64,000 nucleotides of DNA, taken from a virus. Each line of letters opens with the position of its first letter. Positions within the stretch are counted from its first letter, which is position 1. The position numbers and the translations under genes were made by a program. This document shows, in pieces, positions 27,294 to 36,922 of the stretch. The stretch lies in the IMG/VR virus record IMGVR_UViG_3300028800_000083. One strand, written 5' to 3'. Under the pieces are notes generated by a model that made no database searches, was not told the origin of the DNA, and was given only the letters and a program-made list of their open reading frames with translations.

Positions 27294-28271
27294 CGTGGTG
27301 AAGGGCCTAGAAACGGCGTGCCCCCGTCGTGGCACGCGCTACGGTACGCACTCGTGACGCAGCTCGCGGTCATCACCGACGTCCACGCGGACGCGCACGC
27401 CCTGCGCGAAGCGTTCGCTATTGTCGACGTCATGCTGCGCGAGGTGCCCGTGCGTCGTGCGAAGGTCGTCCCGCTGCGCAGCCGCGCGCGCTCCGCCTAA
27501 TTGACTGTCAGACCCGCCGTGATCCGGGCGTCTCACGGGCATGCAGGCCAGAGAATTCATCATCGCGCTCGTGCACGTCGACATGGAGCACGGTTACGCA
27601 GGAGACCTCATCGAGGGCGTGGGAGCGCGTGGCTCCGTCGTCACGCGCTGTGCTGGAGCGCGGCGCTTCAAGTCGCTCAAGCGGGCGCTCGACGCGGCGC
27701 AGGGCTGGACCTGGTACGCGGACATCGTCCGGGTCATGGCCGTTGAAGGTTGAAGCGCACGGGAAGCGCGGATCTTTCTTCTTTCTTGACCGTCAAACCC
27801 CCTCACGCGAAACTGAGGTCGTGCCACGAGTCTCGAATTTTGTGCGGGAATTCAAGGGCATGCGGGGATTCAAGGACGGCTGGTACTACAGGTTGACTGA
27901 GGGATATCCCTGGATCGGACCCTTCGTGACAGAGCGCATTGCGGGTCACGCGAGAGCGCATGTGACCAGTAACGTCAGAGACGTCTGGTCTGAACCACCG
28001 CAGTGGCTCAAGATCTCCACGTCCGTCGCCCTTGGTCGTCTCTCCCTGATACCGCCCCGCGGCGCCCCCGCATTTAAGATCCCTGCGACGAGCCTGCACA
28101 CGGTCCCGGTCCCGGCATCAGCGCCACTTCAATCAAACGGCTACCAAGCGCGACCACGACACGCATTGTCCGCCCGTCAAGAAGCCCCCGTAGGGCGCGA
28201 TAAGAGCGCTGCTCCAGAAGCGGTCATGGTCCCGCGTCGGCGCGGTTCACGAACAGTCTGATGCGGGTCTA

Positions 28272-28296
28272 GCTGTTGCCCGTTTATCGAAAGGGC
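28272..28296 (-). terminator. candidate hairpin downstream of gene 28322..28837 (GTTGCCC-N11-GGGCAAC)
   Basis: 7-bp GC-rich stem; no U-tract. Weak. Confidence 0.2.
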
Positions 28297-28321
28297 AACG
28301 TCGTGCGCTCAGCGCTCAGCC

Positions 28322-28837
28322 TCAGCCTTCCTTCGTGTACTTCGTCCCGCGCGGCATGCGGTCCACGGGGGGTAGACCGTCGTGGCCCCGCGTCGAGTTG
28401 TAGTCCCACAGAGCGTCACGTCGAGCGTTGGGCAGGGGGCCGCGCACTCGCGTCGTGTAGCTGCCCACCTCCGCTGTCGGAGGGACCGTGACGACGTAGA
28501 GCTTCTTCATGGTCGCGTGCGCACGGGGGTTCTCCGCGCCACCAGCGTGCGCGGTGATCTTCGCGCGGGCGCGCGCACGGGAGGGAAACGTGCCGAGATC
28601 GACCTCGTTGCTCGGTCCCCAGGACTTGTAGTCGACGCGGTGCCCGGTCGGCACCGTGACGATCCAGTAGGCGCCGTCCTTCGTCCGCACGTCCGCCGTG
28701 CCGAGGGCGTGGCTGCCGACGACGGGGCCCCACACGCTCCGAGGTGTCGAACGTTTGGTCGCGTGGCTCGTGGGCTTTCCCGCGAGAGCTTCGTTGATCT
28801 CGCGTTGGAGCTGGGCGTGCGTCTTCTTGGCCGTCAT
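28322..28837 (-). CDS. hypothetical protein, member of the KKTxAQLDREIAEAL-motif family (motif at N-terminus)
   Basis: Begins MTAKKTHAQLQREINEALAG; 171 aa. Confidence 0.55.
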   Translation of the reverse strand: MTAKKTHAQLQREINEALAGKPTSHATKRSTPRSVWGPVVGSHALGTADVRTKDGAYWIVTVPTGHRVDYKSWGPSNEVDLGTFPSRARARAKITAHAGGAENPRAHATMKKLYVVTVPPTAEVGSYTTRVRGPLPNARRDALWDYNSTRGHDGLPPVDRMPRGTKYTKEG

Positions 28838-28889
28838 TGGTTATCCCGTCGAGTCTATCGAAGGCGGTAACAAAGCGCACATTTTTTGC

Positions 28890-29237
28890 TCACGAAGCGA
28901 CCCGCGCCTTCGCCGCGCGTTCGGCGTCGGCGTCACGGGGCGCGGGCGCGATCGAAGCGTCAGCCTCCGTGAGGTGCGCGTGCGCCGGGCAGAAGTCGCG
29001 TCCTCCCCGGTCCTCGCAGCGCCAGCCGTCCTTGTTCTCCGCGATGCACCGGATCAGGACGGCGTCGCGGTGTAGCGAGAAGGCCGTCTCGCAGCGACGG
29101 TCGAACAGCATCGTGCCGCCACAGAGCCGGCAGGCGACGCCGGTCACCGCAGAGGAGGTCGCGACCTCCGCCTGGCAGTCCGTGCAGTGCAGGAGCGCCG
29201 CGTCGCACGAGATCGTTGTCACCACCACGACGCTCAC
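28890..29237 (-). CDS. hypothetical Cys-rich protein
   Basis: 115 aa; contains CxxC..CRLCGG..C..H. Confidence 0.45.
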   Translation of the reverse strand: MSVVVVTTISCDAALLHCTDCQAEVATSSAVTGVACRLCGGTMLFDRRCETAFSLHRDAVLIRCIAENKDGWRCEDRGGRDFCPAHAHLTEADASIAPAPRDADAERAAKARVAS

Positions 29238-29274
29238 CCTACCGAGGCTCCGATCCTGATCGCAAGGTCCAAGA

Positions 29275-29919
29275 TCACGCGCGGACCTCGACGCGCATGT
29301 GCACCATCGTCACGCCGTCGAGCAGGGCTGCGGGCACGTCGAGCCGCACGCCGAGGGCTTTTGCCGCGAGCACGAACACCAGTGGGATCGGGCCGCCGGT
29401 CAGCGAGCCGAAGGCTTGGGCGCCCGCGAGCGCGGTCGCGTGCTCGATCTTCCGCAGGTCGACCAGCGCGATCGGCTTGGGCTCCGCGCCCGGGCCGAGC
29501 TCGCAGTTCTCTGGGGGTGAGACCACCATGTGGTAGCGGCAGACCGTGGGGCGGACCGCGTAGACCTCGCAGCGTCGGTCCGGTGTCAGGAACATGCACG
29601 GGAGCTGGCGCTGGAAGAAGGCCACGCGCTCGCGCTCGTCGAGGACGTTGACGCCGGCGAACGCGGTGAGCTGCTTGACCAGCTCGCGCTCGAGCGCGGG
29701 GCGCCGCTGCTCCCAATCGCAGCGACTCGTGAGGTACTCGACGACCGGGACCATCTCCGGGATGGTCGCGGTCGCGGGCAGCGTGCAGCAGTGGGCGCAG
29801 CCCTCCTTGCAGGTCACGCCCATCGTGGCCACGGCCTCTGCGACGAGCGGCGCGTGCTCGCGGTAGAGCTGGAGCACCACCTTGCTGGCACGCTTCGCGC
29901 GGCGACCCTCTTGGCTCAC
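29275..29919 (-). CDS. YkgJ-family CxxCxxCC zinc/iron-chelating domain protein
   Basis: GTG at 29919 with a GAGGG RBS (the upstream Arg-rich extension of the ORF is rejected). Contains CKEGCAHCC and, downstream, CEVYAVRPTVCRYHMV, which are typical of the family. Confidence 0.6.
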   Translation of the reverse strand: MSQEGRRAKRASKVVLQLYREHAPLVAEAVATMGVTCKEGCAHCCTLPATATIPEMVPVVEYLTSRCDWEQRRPALERELVKQLTAFAGVNVLDERERVAFFQRQLPCMFLTPDRRCEVYAVRPTVCRYHMVVSPPENCELGPGAEPKPIALVDLRKIEHATALAGAQAFGSLTGGPIPLVFVLAAKALGVRLDVPAALLDGVTMVHMRVEVRA

Positions 29920-30425
29920 GGGCGGCCCTCGGCGTCCCAGCGCTTCATCGCGGCGCGTTCGGTGGGACGATGGGCGGCGAAGGTCTCGGCGGAGATCGCG
30001 CGCCGCGTCGCCTCCTCGATCGCTTGCTCTCGAGGCAGTCCGGCGCCGCTGGCGCGCCGCCACTCGCGCGAGCCGTCGTCGTAGAAGCGCAGCTGGTAGA
30101 CGTAGAAACTGCGGCAGTCGTCGCTCTGCGGGCAGCCCGGGAGCCCGCAGCGAGCGGTGCAATGGGGGATGCGCAGCACGCGCACGCCGGATCGGAACTG
30201 CACGACCAGGCACCCTTCCATCCAGTAGTCCGGTCTCGTCACGAGCCACGAGCGTCTCGGTGGCCGTGCCGACCGCGTCGGGGTGAGTGGTAGTCGCGGA
30301 GCCGGCGGCAGGCAGCCGACGCAGAAGCAGTGCGCCCACACTCGGGAGTCCGCGCGCGGGCCGATGACGGGCACACCGCAGCGCTCGCACGCGCCGCGCG
30401 GCGTGCTTTGACGTGGAGAGGACAT
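29916..30425 (-). CDS. hypothetical Cys-rich protein
   Basis: MSSPRQSTPRGACERCG...; ~170 aa; start overlaps the upstream stop by 1 nt. Confidence 0.45.
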   Translation of the reverse strand: MSSPRQSTPRGACERCGVPVIGPRADSRVWAHCFCVGCLPPAPRLPLTPTRSARPPRRSWLVTRPDYWMEGCLVVQFRSGVRVLRIPHCTARCGLPGCPQSDDCRSFYVYQLRFYDDGSREWRRASGAGLPREQAIEEATRRAISAETFAAHRPTERAAMKRWDAEGRP

Positions 30426-30661
30426 CAGGACCCTTGGCAATGCTCGTGCTCGTAGTACGGGTTCGACACGTACGGCCTGTGGGACTTGCTGGGAGCGCGA
30501 GCGCTCGCCACGAGCTGGGCTCCGAGGATCCCCAGGGTTCCGAAGCCGATAAGGATGCCGAACATCTCGACGAGCACGTCGGGCTTCTTCGCGGAGTGCC
30601 CTTGCGGGTCCTCCACGACCTGACCGGCCTGAGTGGCGCCGTAGTACCCGCGTGCGTTCAT
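30425..30661 (-). CDS. small membrane protein
   Basis: 78 aa; TM segment VLVEMFGILIGFGTLGILGAQLVA. Confidence 0.45.
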   Translation of the reverse strand: MNARGYYGATQAGQVVEDPQGHSAKKPDVLVEMFGILIGFGTLGILGAQLVASARAPSKSHRPYVSNPYYEHEHCQGS

Positions 30662-30739
30662 TTTTTCATACTAGCGTTGGGTCGAGAGGATGTGTCGAAG
30701 TTTCATCGACGGAAACTGCACGACCAAGTCCCCTTCCAT

Positions 30740-31107
30740 TCAGTAGTTCGGTTTCGTGGTCACGTCGGCGCCTTCGCTCCGCGCGGCTTCTTCTGGCCGC
30801 GGGCCACCTCGTGGGCCGCGAGGCGGGCGATCGTTTCGCTCGTGTTGTCGCCGATCCGGCACACGTAACACGTTGGAGGCGGTGGTCGCGGCGACCCGTC
30901 CCCACCGTCGACGCCCCAACCCGCCGTCGCCGGTCCGCCGCAGCTCGTGCAGACGGAGTCGTGCGATCGGAGCAGCCACCCGTTGCCGTGGCCGACGACG
31001 GGGACGACGTCGCGACTGGAGTCATCGAAGCCGAAGCACCACGGGCAGCGGTTGGACGGACAGCGCGTGAAGTAGCCGTGGGGGCACTTCTCCGCTGAGA
31101 GGCTCAC
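30740..31107 (-). pseudogene. frameshifted or truncated paralog of the Cys-rich gene 29916..30425
   Basis: A ~50-bp DNA repeat (30712-30764 versus 30203-30255) encodes NYWMEG in the intact copy and NY-stop-MEG here. The N-terminal Cys-rich part (CPSNRCPWCFG) is in a different frame from the C-terminal part. Confidence 0.35.
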
Positions 31108-32222
31108 CTCCGGGACCTCTTCTTACGCGGTCGATCGTCGCCGAGCGCCACGAACTCGCGCAGGAGATCCTCCTGCTTGGGGGACAGCTTCCGCGGCACT
31201 TCGACGATGAAGCGGACCACGTGGTCACCACGCTCTCCTCCGCCGACGCTCGGGATGCCCTGGCCGCGACGATGCAACTCGTCGCCCGGCTGCGTGCCGG
31301 GACGCAACTCCAGGATCGCGGTCCCCGTGCAGTCGTCGTCGAGCGTGTCGACCTCGACCTCGCCGCCGAGCTCTGCTTGGGCGAAGCTGATCGTCACCTC
31401 GCTGGTGACGTCGCTGCCGTCGCGCGTGAAGCGCTCGTCTTCTTGGACGTGGAGGACGACGTGGAGGTCGCCGGAGGCGCCGCCGGGCACGCTCTCGCCC
31501 CTGCCGGAGACGCGGAGCGTTTGGCCGTCGTCGACGCCGGCTGGGACCGTCAAGGACAGCGTGGACTTCTCGGTCCGCGTGCCTCGCCCGCGGCAGTCCG
31601 GGCACGGGTCCTTGATCGTCTTCCCCGCGCCCTGGCAGTGCGGACACGTCGTCTGCACCATGAAGAAGCCTTGTGCGTGAGTGACCTGACCCTTGCCCTG
31701 GCACGCACGGCAAGGCTCGGGTTGCGCTGCGCCGCGCACGCCGGTCGCGCGACACGCCGCGCACCCCGCGGCGCGCGTGACCTCGACGTCCTTGCGCACG
31801 CCCCACACGGCCTCGCGGAAGGTGAGCCTCAGGTCGAGGCGCAGGTCGGCACCGCGCGTCGGTCGGCGCGAGTTGCGACCAAAGAAGTCGCCGAACAAGT
31901 CGCCGAACGCCGAGAAGATGTCGTCGACGTTGTTGAAGCCGCCGCTGAACCCCGCCCCTGGTCCGTCGCCGGGGGCAGCGCCGCCGCGGCGGATCCCGTC
32001 GAAGCCGTGGCGGTCGTACGCAGCACGCTTGTCGGTGTCGGACAGGACCTGGTAGGCGTTCGCGGCCTCCTTGAACTTCTCCTCGGCGGTCTTGTCTCCC
32101 GGGCACTTGTCGGGGTGGTACAGCTGCGCGAGGCGGCGGTAGGCTTTCTTGAGGTCGGCTGGCGTCGCCGCGCGCGGGACGCCGAGCACCTCGTAGAGGT
32201 CGCGAGGCGCAGACGTGCTCAC
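31104..32222 (-). CDS. dnaJ: molecular chaperone DnaJ
   Basis: J domain [32 protein letters not shown]; four CxxCxGxG zinc-finger repeats; C-terminal substrate-binding region. GTG start at 32222 (the longer ORF to 32294 has a spurious Arg-rich N-terminus). Confidence 0.9.
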   Translation of the reverse strand: MSTSAPRDLYEVLGVPRAATPADLKKAYRRLAQLYHPDKCPGDKTAEEKFKEAANAYQVLSDTDKRAAYDRHGFDGIRRGGAAPGDGPGAGFSGGFNNVDDIFSAFGDLFGDFFGRNSRRPTRGADLRLDLRLTFREAVWGVRKDVEVTRAAGCAACRATGVRGAAQPEPCRACQGKGQVTHAQGFFMVQTTCPHCQGAGKTIKDPCPDCRGRGTRTEKSTLSLTVPAGVDDGQTLRVSGRGESVPGGASGDLHVVLHVQEDERFTRDGSDVTSEVTISFAQAELGGEVEVDTLDDDCTGTAILELRPGTQPGDELHRRGQGIPSVGGGERGDHVVRFIVEVPRKLSPKQEDLLREFVALGDDRPRKKRSRR

Positions 32223-32536
32223 GCCGTGCCTCCGGGAGCCTGCGGCTGGCGGAGGACCGCTCCCGCCTCGAGCTTGGGGATCGCCAACTCGCACGAGCGC
32301 AGCTCGATGAGGAGGTTCTGCGGCACGACCTGCGCCTTGCTCAGGACCTCGTCGACGAGGCGGCGGGGTTCCACGACGGCGGTCCGGAGCTTCGCCAGCT
32401 CAGTGTCTCGCTCGGCGCTTCGCGGTGGTGTCGCGGCGGTGATGAGCATGCAGGTTTTGGCCCACGCGACCTCGTCGATCAGGCGATCGATCAGCTCGCG
32501 CGACGGGCGGTTTGGGGGGTCGGAGCAGGCGGGCAT
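32219..32536 (-). CDS. hypothetical protein
   Basis: 105 aa; 4-nt overlap with the dnaJ start. Confidence 0.4.
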   Translation of the reverse strand: MPACSDPPNRPSRELIDRLIDEVAWAKTCMLITAATPPRSAERDTELAKLRTAVVEPRRLVDEVLSKAQVVPQNLLIELRSCELAIPKLEAGAVLRQPQAPGGTA

Positions 32537-32733
32537 TTGCTGGGGAGTCTACTCGGTGGAGGGTGGGAACCTGACACAGATCCGCGCCTCACCGCCATCG
32601 TTTCGATCCTGGGCCTTGCCATCACACCGAGTGCACGTTTGGAGGCGCCCTGCGCCCTGGCGCCTGGCGCCTCGGAGGTCAGCGGTCAGCGGGGTGCCGC
32701 GTGATCGCGTATAAGCGACCTTGAGCCGGCGCG

Positions 32734-34071
32734 GTGCTGGCCGACGAGGAGCAGGAGATGCCGGAGCAGATCGAACAGCTCGACGCGACCCGAAGTGTCG
32801 CAGATCACCACGCTTGGTTCGTTGGAGAGCTGGACCGGCTCGCCAGCGCCGTCAAGCTGGACCCGACCCACGTACCGTCTGGGCTGCTCGAGATCATCGC
32901 GAACGCACGCGCGCACTCGGAGGCGCTCGTCGCGAACCCGCTGCACCGCGAGCCGATCGCGGTCGTCGGTGTTGACCCACGGACCGCGGGCATGATCGAG
33001 ATGCACGCCGCGCTCGTCCAGTCGGCGCACGCCGAAGCGGCGCTCGCCGCGCCGAACAACGTCCCCCCGAAGCCCGACAGCTGGTTGCAGCGACTTCGTG
33101 ACCGCATCTTCGGGCATGCCGAACCCAACGCTCAGCGCTACGGTGACTTCGACGTCCACTGGCTTGAAGCACTCGCCGAGCGCCTCACCGCGAAGAAGGC
33201 CGCCTTTTCGACGGCTCCTCCCGCCGACCTCGCGATCGGCGCGGGCAAGGTGCGGCTCGCGATCGTCGGTGACTGGGGAACCGGTCTGCCGGAGTCCGAC
33301 CTGATCGGCACGCACATGCTCGCGACCGATCCCGACTACACGATCCACCTCGGCGACGTCTACTACGCCGGGACGGTCCCCGAGGAGGAGCGCTACGTCG
33401 AGTTGTGGCCAGGCGCGCCCGGCAAGTCACTGTCGCTCAACTCCAACCACGAGATGTACAGCGGGGGTCACGGCTACTTCGAGGCGACTCTCGGGAGCGC
33501 GAAGTTCGCGCTCCAGCAGCACGCGAGTTACTTCGTGATGCGCCACGAGCACTTCCTGATCATCGGGCTCGACTCGGCGTACTACGCTGACGACTTCCTG
33601 TACCAGCAAGGCAACCTCGACGACGTCCAGCTGCGGTTCGTCCGCGAGCTCGCCGCGGCAAACCCAACCCGCAACATCGTCATCCTGACGCACCACCACG
33701 GGCTCGACCTCGATAACGCGCCGACGCGGATGTGGAGCCAGGTGCTCGGCGCCGTCGGCCGGCCGTTCCTGTGGGTGTGGGGACACATCCACGCCGGCGT
33801 GGCGCACGAACCGCGGCCGTTCCCGTTCCCGGTGTTCGCACGCTGCGTCGGCCACGGAGGTGTGCCGCATTCGCCGTTCACTGCGGCCGAGGCGGCGACG
33901 TATGCTTGGGCGGAAACGCGCCTCGCCGATGATCGCGACGAGGCGAAGCGCGCGCTCAACGGGTTCTACACGCTCGAGATCGACGGCGCCACGCTGACCG
34001 AGCGGTTCATCGACGAGCGCGGTGACGAGACGTACTCGTCGGTGGTGTTCCGCGGACCGCCGACGCGCTGA
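32734..34071 (+). CDS. calcineurin-like metallophosphoesterase
   Basis: Motifs LAIVGDWGTG, IHLGDVYYAG, SNHEMY and WGHIHAG. 445 aa; start may be at 32758. Confidence 0.8.
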   Translation: MLADEEQEMPEQIEQLDATRSVADHHAWFVGELDRLASAVKLDPTHVPSGLLEIIANARAHSEALVANPLHREPIAVVGVDPRTAGMIEMHAALVQSAHAEAALAAPNNVPPKPDSWLQRLRDRIFGHAEPNAQRYGDFDVHWLEALAERLTAKKAAFSTAPPADLAIGAGKVRLAIVGDWGTGLPESDLIGTHMLATDPDYTIHLGDVYYAGTVPEEERYVELWPGAPGKSLSLNSNHEMYSGGHGYFEATLGSAKFALQQHASYFVMRHEHFLIIGLDSAYYADDFLYQQGNLDDVQLRFVRELAAANPTRNIVILTHHHGLDLDNAPTRMWSQVLGAVGRPFLWVWGHIHAGVAHEPRPFPFPVFARCVGHGGVPHSPFTAAEAATYAWAETRLADDRDEAKRALNGFYTLEIDGATLTERFIDERGDETYSSVVFRGPPTR

Positions 34072-34079
34072 CGGGGGGC

Positions 34080-34427
34080 TCACCGCTTCGGTTCGTAGCA
34101 GCGCCCTCCGGCTCCGAGCGACGACCCGAGTTGCCCGCGGCGCCGCATCGATTCGAGCACCGAGCGCGTCCAGGTGCGCTGCCGCTCCTTGGTGGCCCAG
34201 CGGAAGTCCTCTGGCATGTGCGCCTGGCGCAGGTAGTCGGCGACGAGACCGACCGTCACGCATGGTTCTTTGCCCCCGACGGTCGCGTGTCGTCTGTACG
34301 CGCCCTCGATGATCTCCGTCGCGCCGGCCTCGATTGCCGTGCGCACGGCGTCGGGGATCCGCTTTCGTGCAGCGTGCCTCGTGAGGGCTGCGGCAATCTC
34401 GGCGTCGAGTTGGGAAGTCTTGGTCAC
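34080..34427 (-). CDS. hypothetical protein, motif-family member (N-terminal VTKTSQLDAEIAAAL)
   Basis: GTG at 34427 in a GTGA overlap with the upstream gene; the Arg-rich upstream extension is rejected. Confidence 0.45.
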   Translation of the reverse strand: MTKTSQLDAEIAAALTRHAARKRIPDAVRTAIEAGATEIIEGAYRRHATVGGKEPCVTVGLVADYLRQAHMPEDFRWATKERQRTWTRSVLESMRRRGQLGSSLGAGGRCYEPKR

Positions 34428-34873
34428 CGCTGCTTGCTCTTCGGTCGGACCCACAGGACGTCCACCTCCTCGACACCGTGGTCGGCGAGAACTGACAGCC
34501 GGTGGTTCCCGTCGATCACTCCACCGTGCTGGTCGATGACGATCGGCCAGGGTTCTTGGTGCTGGTAGACGATCAGCCCTTCGACTTGATCGTACCGCCT
34601 GAGGTTCTGGCGGACCTCCTTGGCGTCGCTGTCGGGATCCACCTCGTAGTCGAACCTCGACCCGGGGTCCAGGTCGTGGATCGGTACGCCGCGAACGAGG
34701 TCCCACGTGTACTTAGACGGGGATTTGAACTCGGGGAACTTGACGGCCTTCTTGATCAGGGCGCCGTAGGACTTTGGGTCGACGCGCTCTCTGTGGAGGG
34801 AGACCAGCCACTCCGGGGCGCTCAGGGCTTCGTCGATCTCGGCGTCGAGTTGCGAGGGCTTCTTGGGTGTCAT
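34424..34873 (-). CDS. ParB-like nuclease domain protein with N-terminal KKPSQLDAEIDEAL motif
   Basis: Begins MTPKKPSQLDAEIDEALS. VIDGNHRLSVLADHG matches the ParB/Srx DGxHR signature. 150 aa. Confidence 0.55.
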   Translation of the reverse strand: MTPKKPSQLDAEIDEALSAPEWLVSLHRERVDPKSYGALIKKAVKFPEFKSPSKYTWDLVRGVPIHDLDPGSRFDYEVDPDSDAKEVRQNLRRYDQVEGLIVYQHQEPWPIVIDQHGGVIDGNHRLSVLADHGVEEVDVLWVRPKSKQR

Positions 34874-35205
34874 CGGTCTTCTGCTTCGGACGCGATCCAT
34901 TCCTGCATGTCCGCCTTCACAGCGCTCTCCGCGCAACTCTGCCAGGCATCACGCCACGCTCTGTAAGCGGCTCTCAGCTCGAGACCGCTCTTGAGGATCC
35001 CGTCAACGTCGGCTTGAGAGAGCCACTGATCGTACTGGTCCTCGTCGTTACCCCACGCTTCGCGCACGATCTTCTTGGCAGCTCCGCTGCCTTGCGGTTT
35101 GCCGAGGCGTTCCCAAGCGTCGTTGTGGTCGCTCGTGTTGAATACGTTGGCGCAGTCCTGGTAGCCGGTTCGGGCGAAGTCCCCGTAGTTTAGTCTGTCC
35201 CGCAT
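34870..35205 (-). CDS. hypothetical protein
   Basis: ATGA overlap; 111 aa; no motif. Confidence 0.45.
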   Translation of the reverse strand: MRDRLNYGDFARTGYQDCANVFNTSDHNDAWERLGKPQGSGAAKKIVREAWGNDEDQYDQWLSQADVDGILKSGLELRAAYRAWRDAWQSCAESAVKADMQEWIASEAEDR

Positions 35206-35507
35206 TTGGATCTCCTAAGAGCCTCGGCGATCTCGGCGTCGAGGCGGGCCCGCGTCCTCTTCACCGGGGGCACCGGGGTCCGTGGCACGGTTTCCAGCGT
35301 CGCGTACTTCGGGTTCATGCGCATCTCGACGGTCTTCGCGACGCGCCCGCGGTCGACGATGCGCAGTCGTCGGTGGGCACCGGGGGGCTCGACCTCGTCG
35401 CCCTCGGCGTTGACCTCGACGCCGCGGATGAAGAGCACAGAGTCGCTGGTGACGCGTAGGATGAAGCGCGTGCCGTCGTCGAGCGTGACCTTCAGGTAGC
35501 GGATCAC
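35190..35507 (-). CDS. hypothetical protein with the motif at its C-terminus (KRTRARLDAEIAEALRRS)
   Basis: 105 aa. Confidence 0.45.
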   Translation of the reverse strand: MIRYLKVTLDDGTRFILRVTSDSVLFIRGVEVNAEGDEVEPPGAHRRLRIVDRGRVAKTVEMRMNPKYATLETVPRTPVPPVKRTRARLDAEIAEALRRSKCGTD

Positions 35508-35920
35508 GTGAGCCCCTGGGCCGCGAGGAGCTGCTGGACCTCGGCGCGCAGCGCGCCCACCTCGCGGTGCAGCTGTGACCGGGGCGTGTGAGGAAACATC
35601 GGGGAGCCCAGGTTGGCGTCGAGGCCCGGGACCTCGACGTTGTCGACTTGGTCGTTCACGACCTTCGTGAGGCCGCCGAGCGCTCTCAGGCGATCGGCGG
35701 TCGGGGAGGGACCGACGGCCTCGACGGAGGCGCGGACGACCTCCAGCCGCCCTAGGCGGTACGCCTCGGAGGCGCGGACGCGGTCCGTCACGACCTCCGC
35801 CGCCGTGGACAGGGGGTCGCGGCGGTCGGTGTAGGACACCCTGCCTGCGCCGGACTCCTGCGCGGCGCGCGTCACGGCGATCTCGCGGTCGAGCTGGGCG
35901 GATTTCCGACGATCAGACAT
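35504..35920 (-). CDS. hypothetical protein, motif at N-terminus (MSDRRKSAQLDREIAV)
   Basis: ATG at 35920; 138 aa. Confidence 0.45.
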   Translation of the reverse strand: MSDRRKSAQLDREIAVTRAAQESGAGRVSYTDRRDPLSTAAEVVTDRVRASEAYRLGRLEVVRASVEAVGPSPTADRLRALGGLTKVVNDQVDNVEVPGLDANLGSPMFPHTPRSQLHREVGALRAEVQQLLAAQGLT

Positions 35921-36212
35921 CGGACCAGCCTTCCTTGCTCGCGAGGCCCTGCATGTAGCGACCGCCACGCCAGCGGTGCCACACCTCGACACGCGAGTGC
36001 TCCCCCTGACGCACGAGCTTCATTGCGGCGCGCTTCGCCGCAAGACGAGACCGAAATTCCGGTTCCAGCGGCTGCTCCTTGGTGTCGGTGAGGTAGAAGA
36101 CTCTTTCGTCGTCGCTGTCATCGTCAGACGTAGACGTGGACGCGGATCCCGCGAGCGCTGCGGCGATTTCGCGGCTGAGCTGTGTAGCGGACGTTTTCGA
36201 GCGCCTGTTCAT
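35913..36212 (-). CDS. hypothetical protein, motif at N-terminus (MNRRSKTSATQLSREIAAALAG)
   Basis: 99 aa; Asp/Ser-rich linker. Confidence 0.45.
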   Translation of the reverse strand: MNRRSKTSATQLSREIAAALAGSASTSTSDDDSDDERVFYLTDTKEQPLEPEFRSRLAAKRAAMKLVRQGEHSRVEVWHRWRGGRYMQGLASKEGWSDV

Positions 36213-36214
36213 TG

Positions 36215-36922
36215 TCAGCTTCTCCCAGGGACAATCTTGATCCGCTTTGGATCGAAGATCACCCAGTCGTCGTCCAGATGGATGCTGTCGTAACCGAGGC
36301 TCTCCAACTCATCGAGGCTATGCCGGTCGTACTCGTCCCAACCCGCGGTCTTGTCAACGTGCAGAAGTGCCTTGATCAGATGCTTCGTGCTCACGGCACC
36401 GCTTTCGCCGCGTAAGATCTTGTCCTTGTCCGTGCTAAACCAGAACACGCCCTGCGCTGAATAGCGCGGATCGAAGCGTCGGATCTGCACGTCGCTGCCG
36501 TGATACGCGGTGATGACGCGGGGATGTGATCTAACGAGGACTTTGGTCTCGCGCTTGAGCGTTGTTTCCGATGGCTGCCCCGTGAGTGCGGCGGCGACCT
36601 CGCGGTCAAGTTGGGAGGACGTCTTCTTCCTCAGCGAACTGTGCGATCTGGAAGATTCGGAGGCCCTACGGTACCACGCCGCGTCGACGACGTTGCCTTC
36701 GACGGCGATCGCGTGCAGCGGGCCGTGCTGACTGTTGGCCTCGGCGACGGCGTCGCGCTTCGTCGCGAAATCGTCGCCCGCCTCGTCAGCGTACGTCGTG
36801 ATCTTGCCGGACGGGTAGAACACGTCGTAGTCCCACCGGCCGTTCAAGCGTCGGTGCACGCGCACCCGCAGCGAGTCGTGCCTGTCGCGGTAGACGTAGT
36901 CGGCGTGCTTGCGCGCGGTCAT
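36215..36922 (-). CDS. two-domain hypothetical protein with the motif internal (RKKTSSQLDREVAAALTGQ at ~aa 96-115)
   Basis: 235 aa. The motif separates an N-terminal ~95-aa domain from a C-terminal ~120-aa domain. Confidence 0.5.
   Translation of the reverse strand: MTARKHADYVYRDRHDSLRVRVHRRLNGRWDYDVFYPSGKITTYADEAGDDFATKRDAVAEANSQHGPLHAIAVEGNVVDAAWYRRASESSRSHSSLRKKTSSQLDREVAAALTGQPSETTLKRETKVLVRSHPRVITAYHGSDVQIRRFDPRYSAQGVFWFSTDKDKILRGESGAVSTKHLIKALLHVDKTAGWDEYDRHSLDELESLGYDSIHLDDDWVIFDPKRIKIVPGRS

Noticed and set aside
31221-32714. 497-aa plus-strand ORF, and 31225..32106 minus-strand Arg-rich ORF
   Set aside because: Both are shadows of, or alternative frames across, the clearly recognisable dnaJ gene at 31104..32222.
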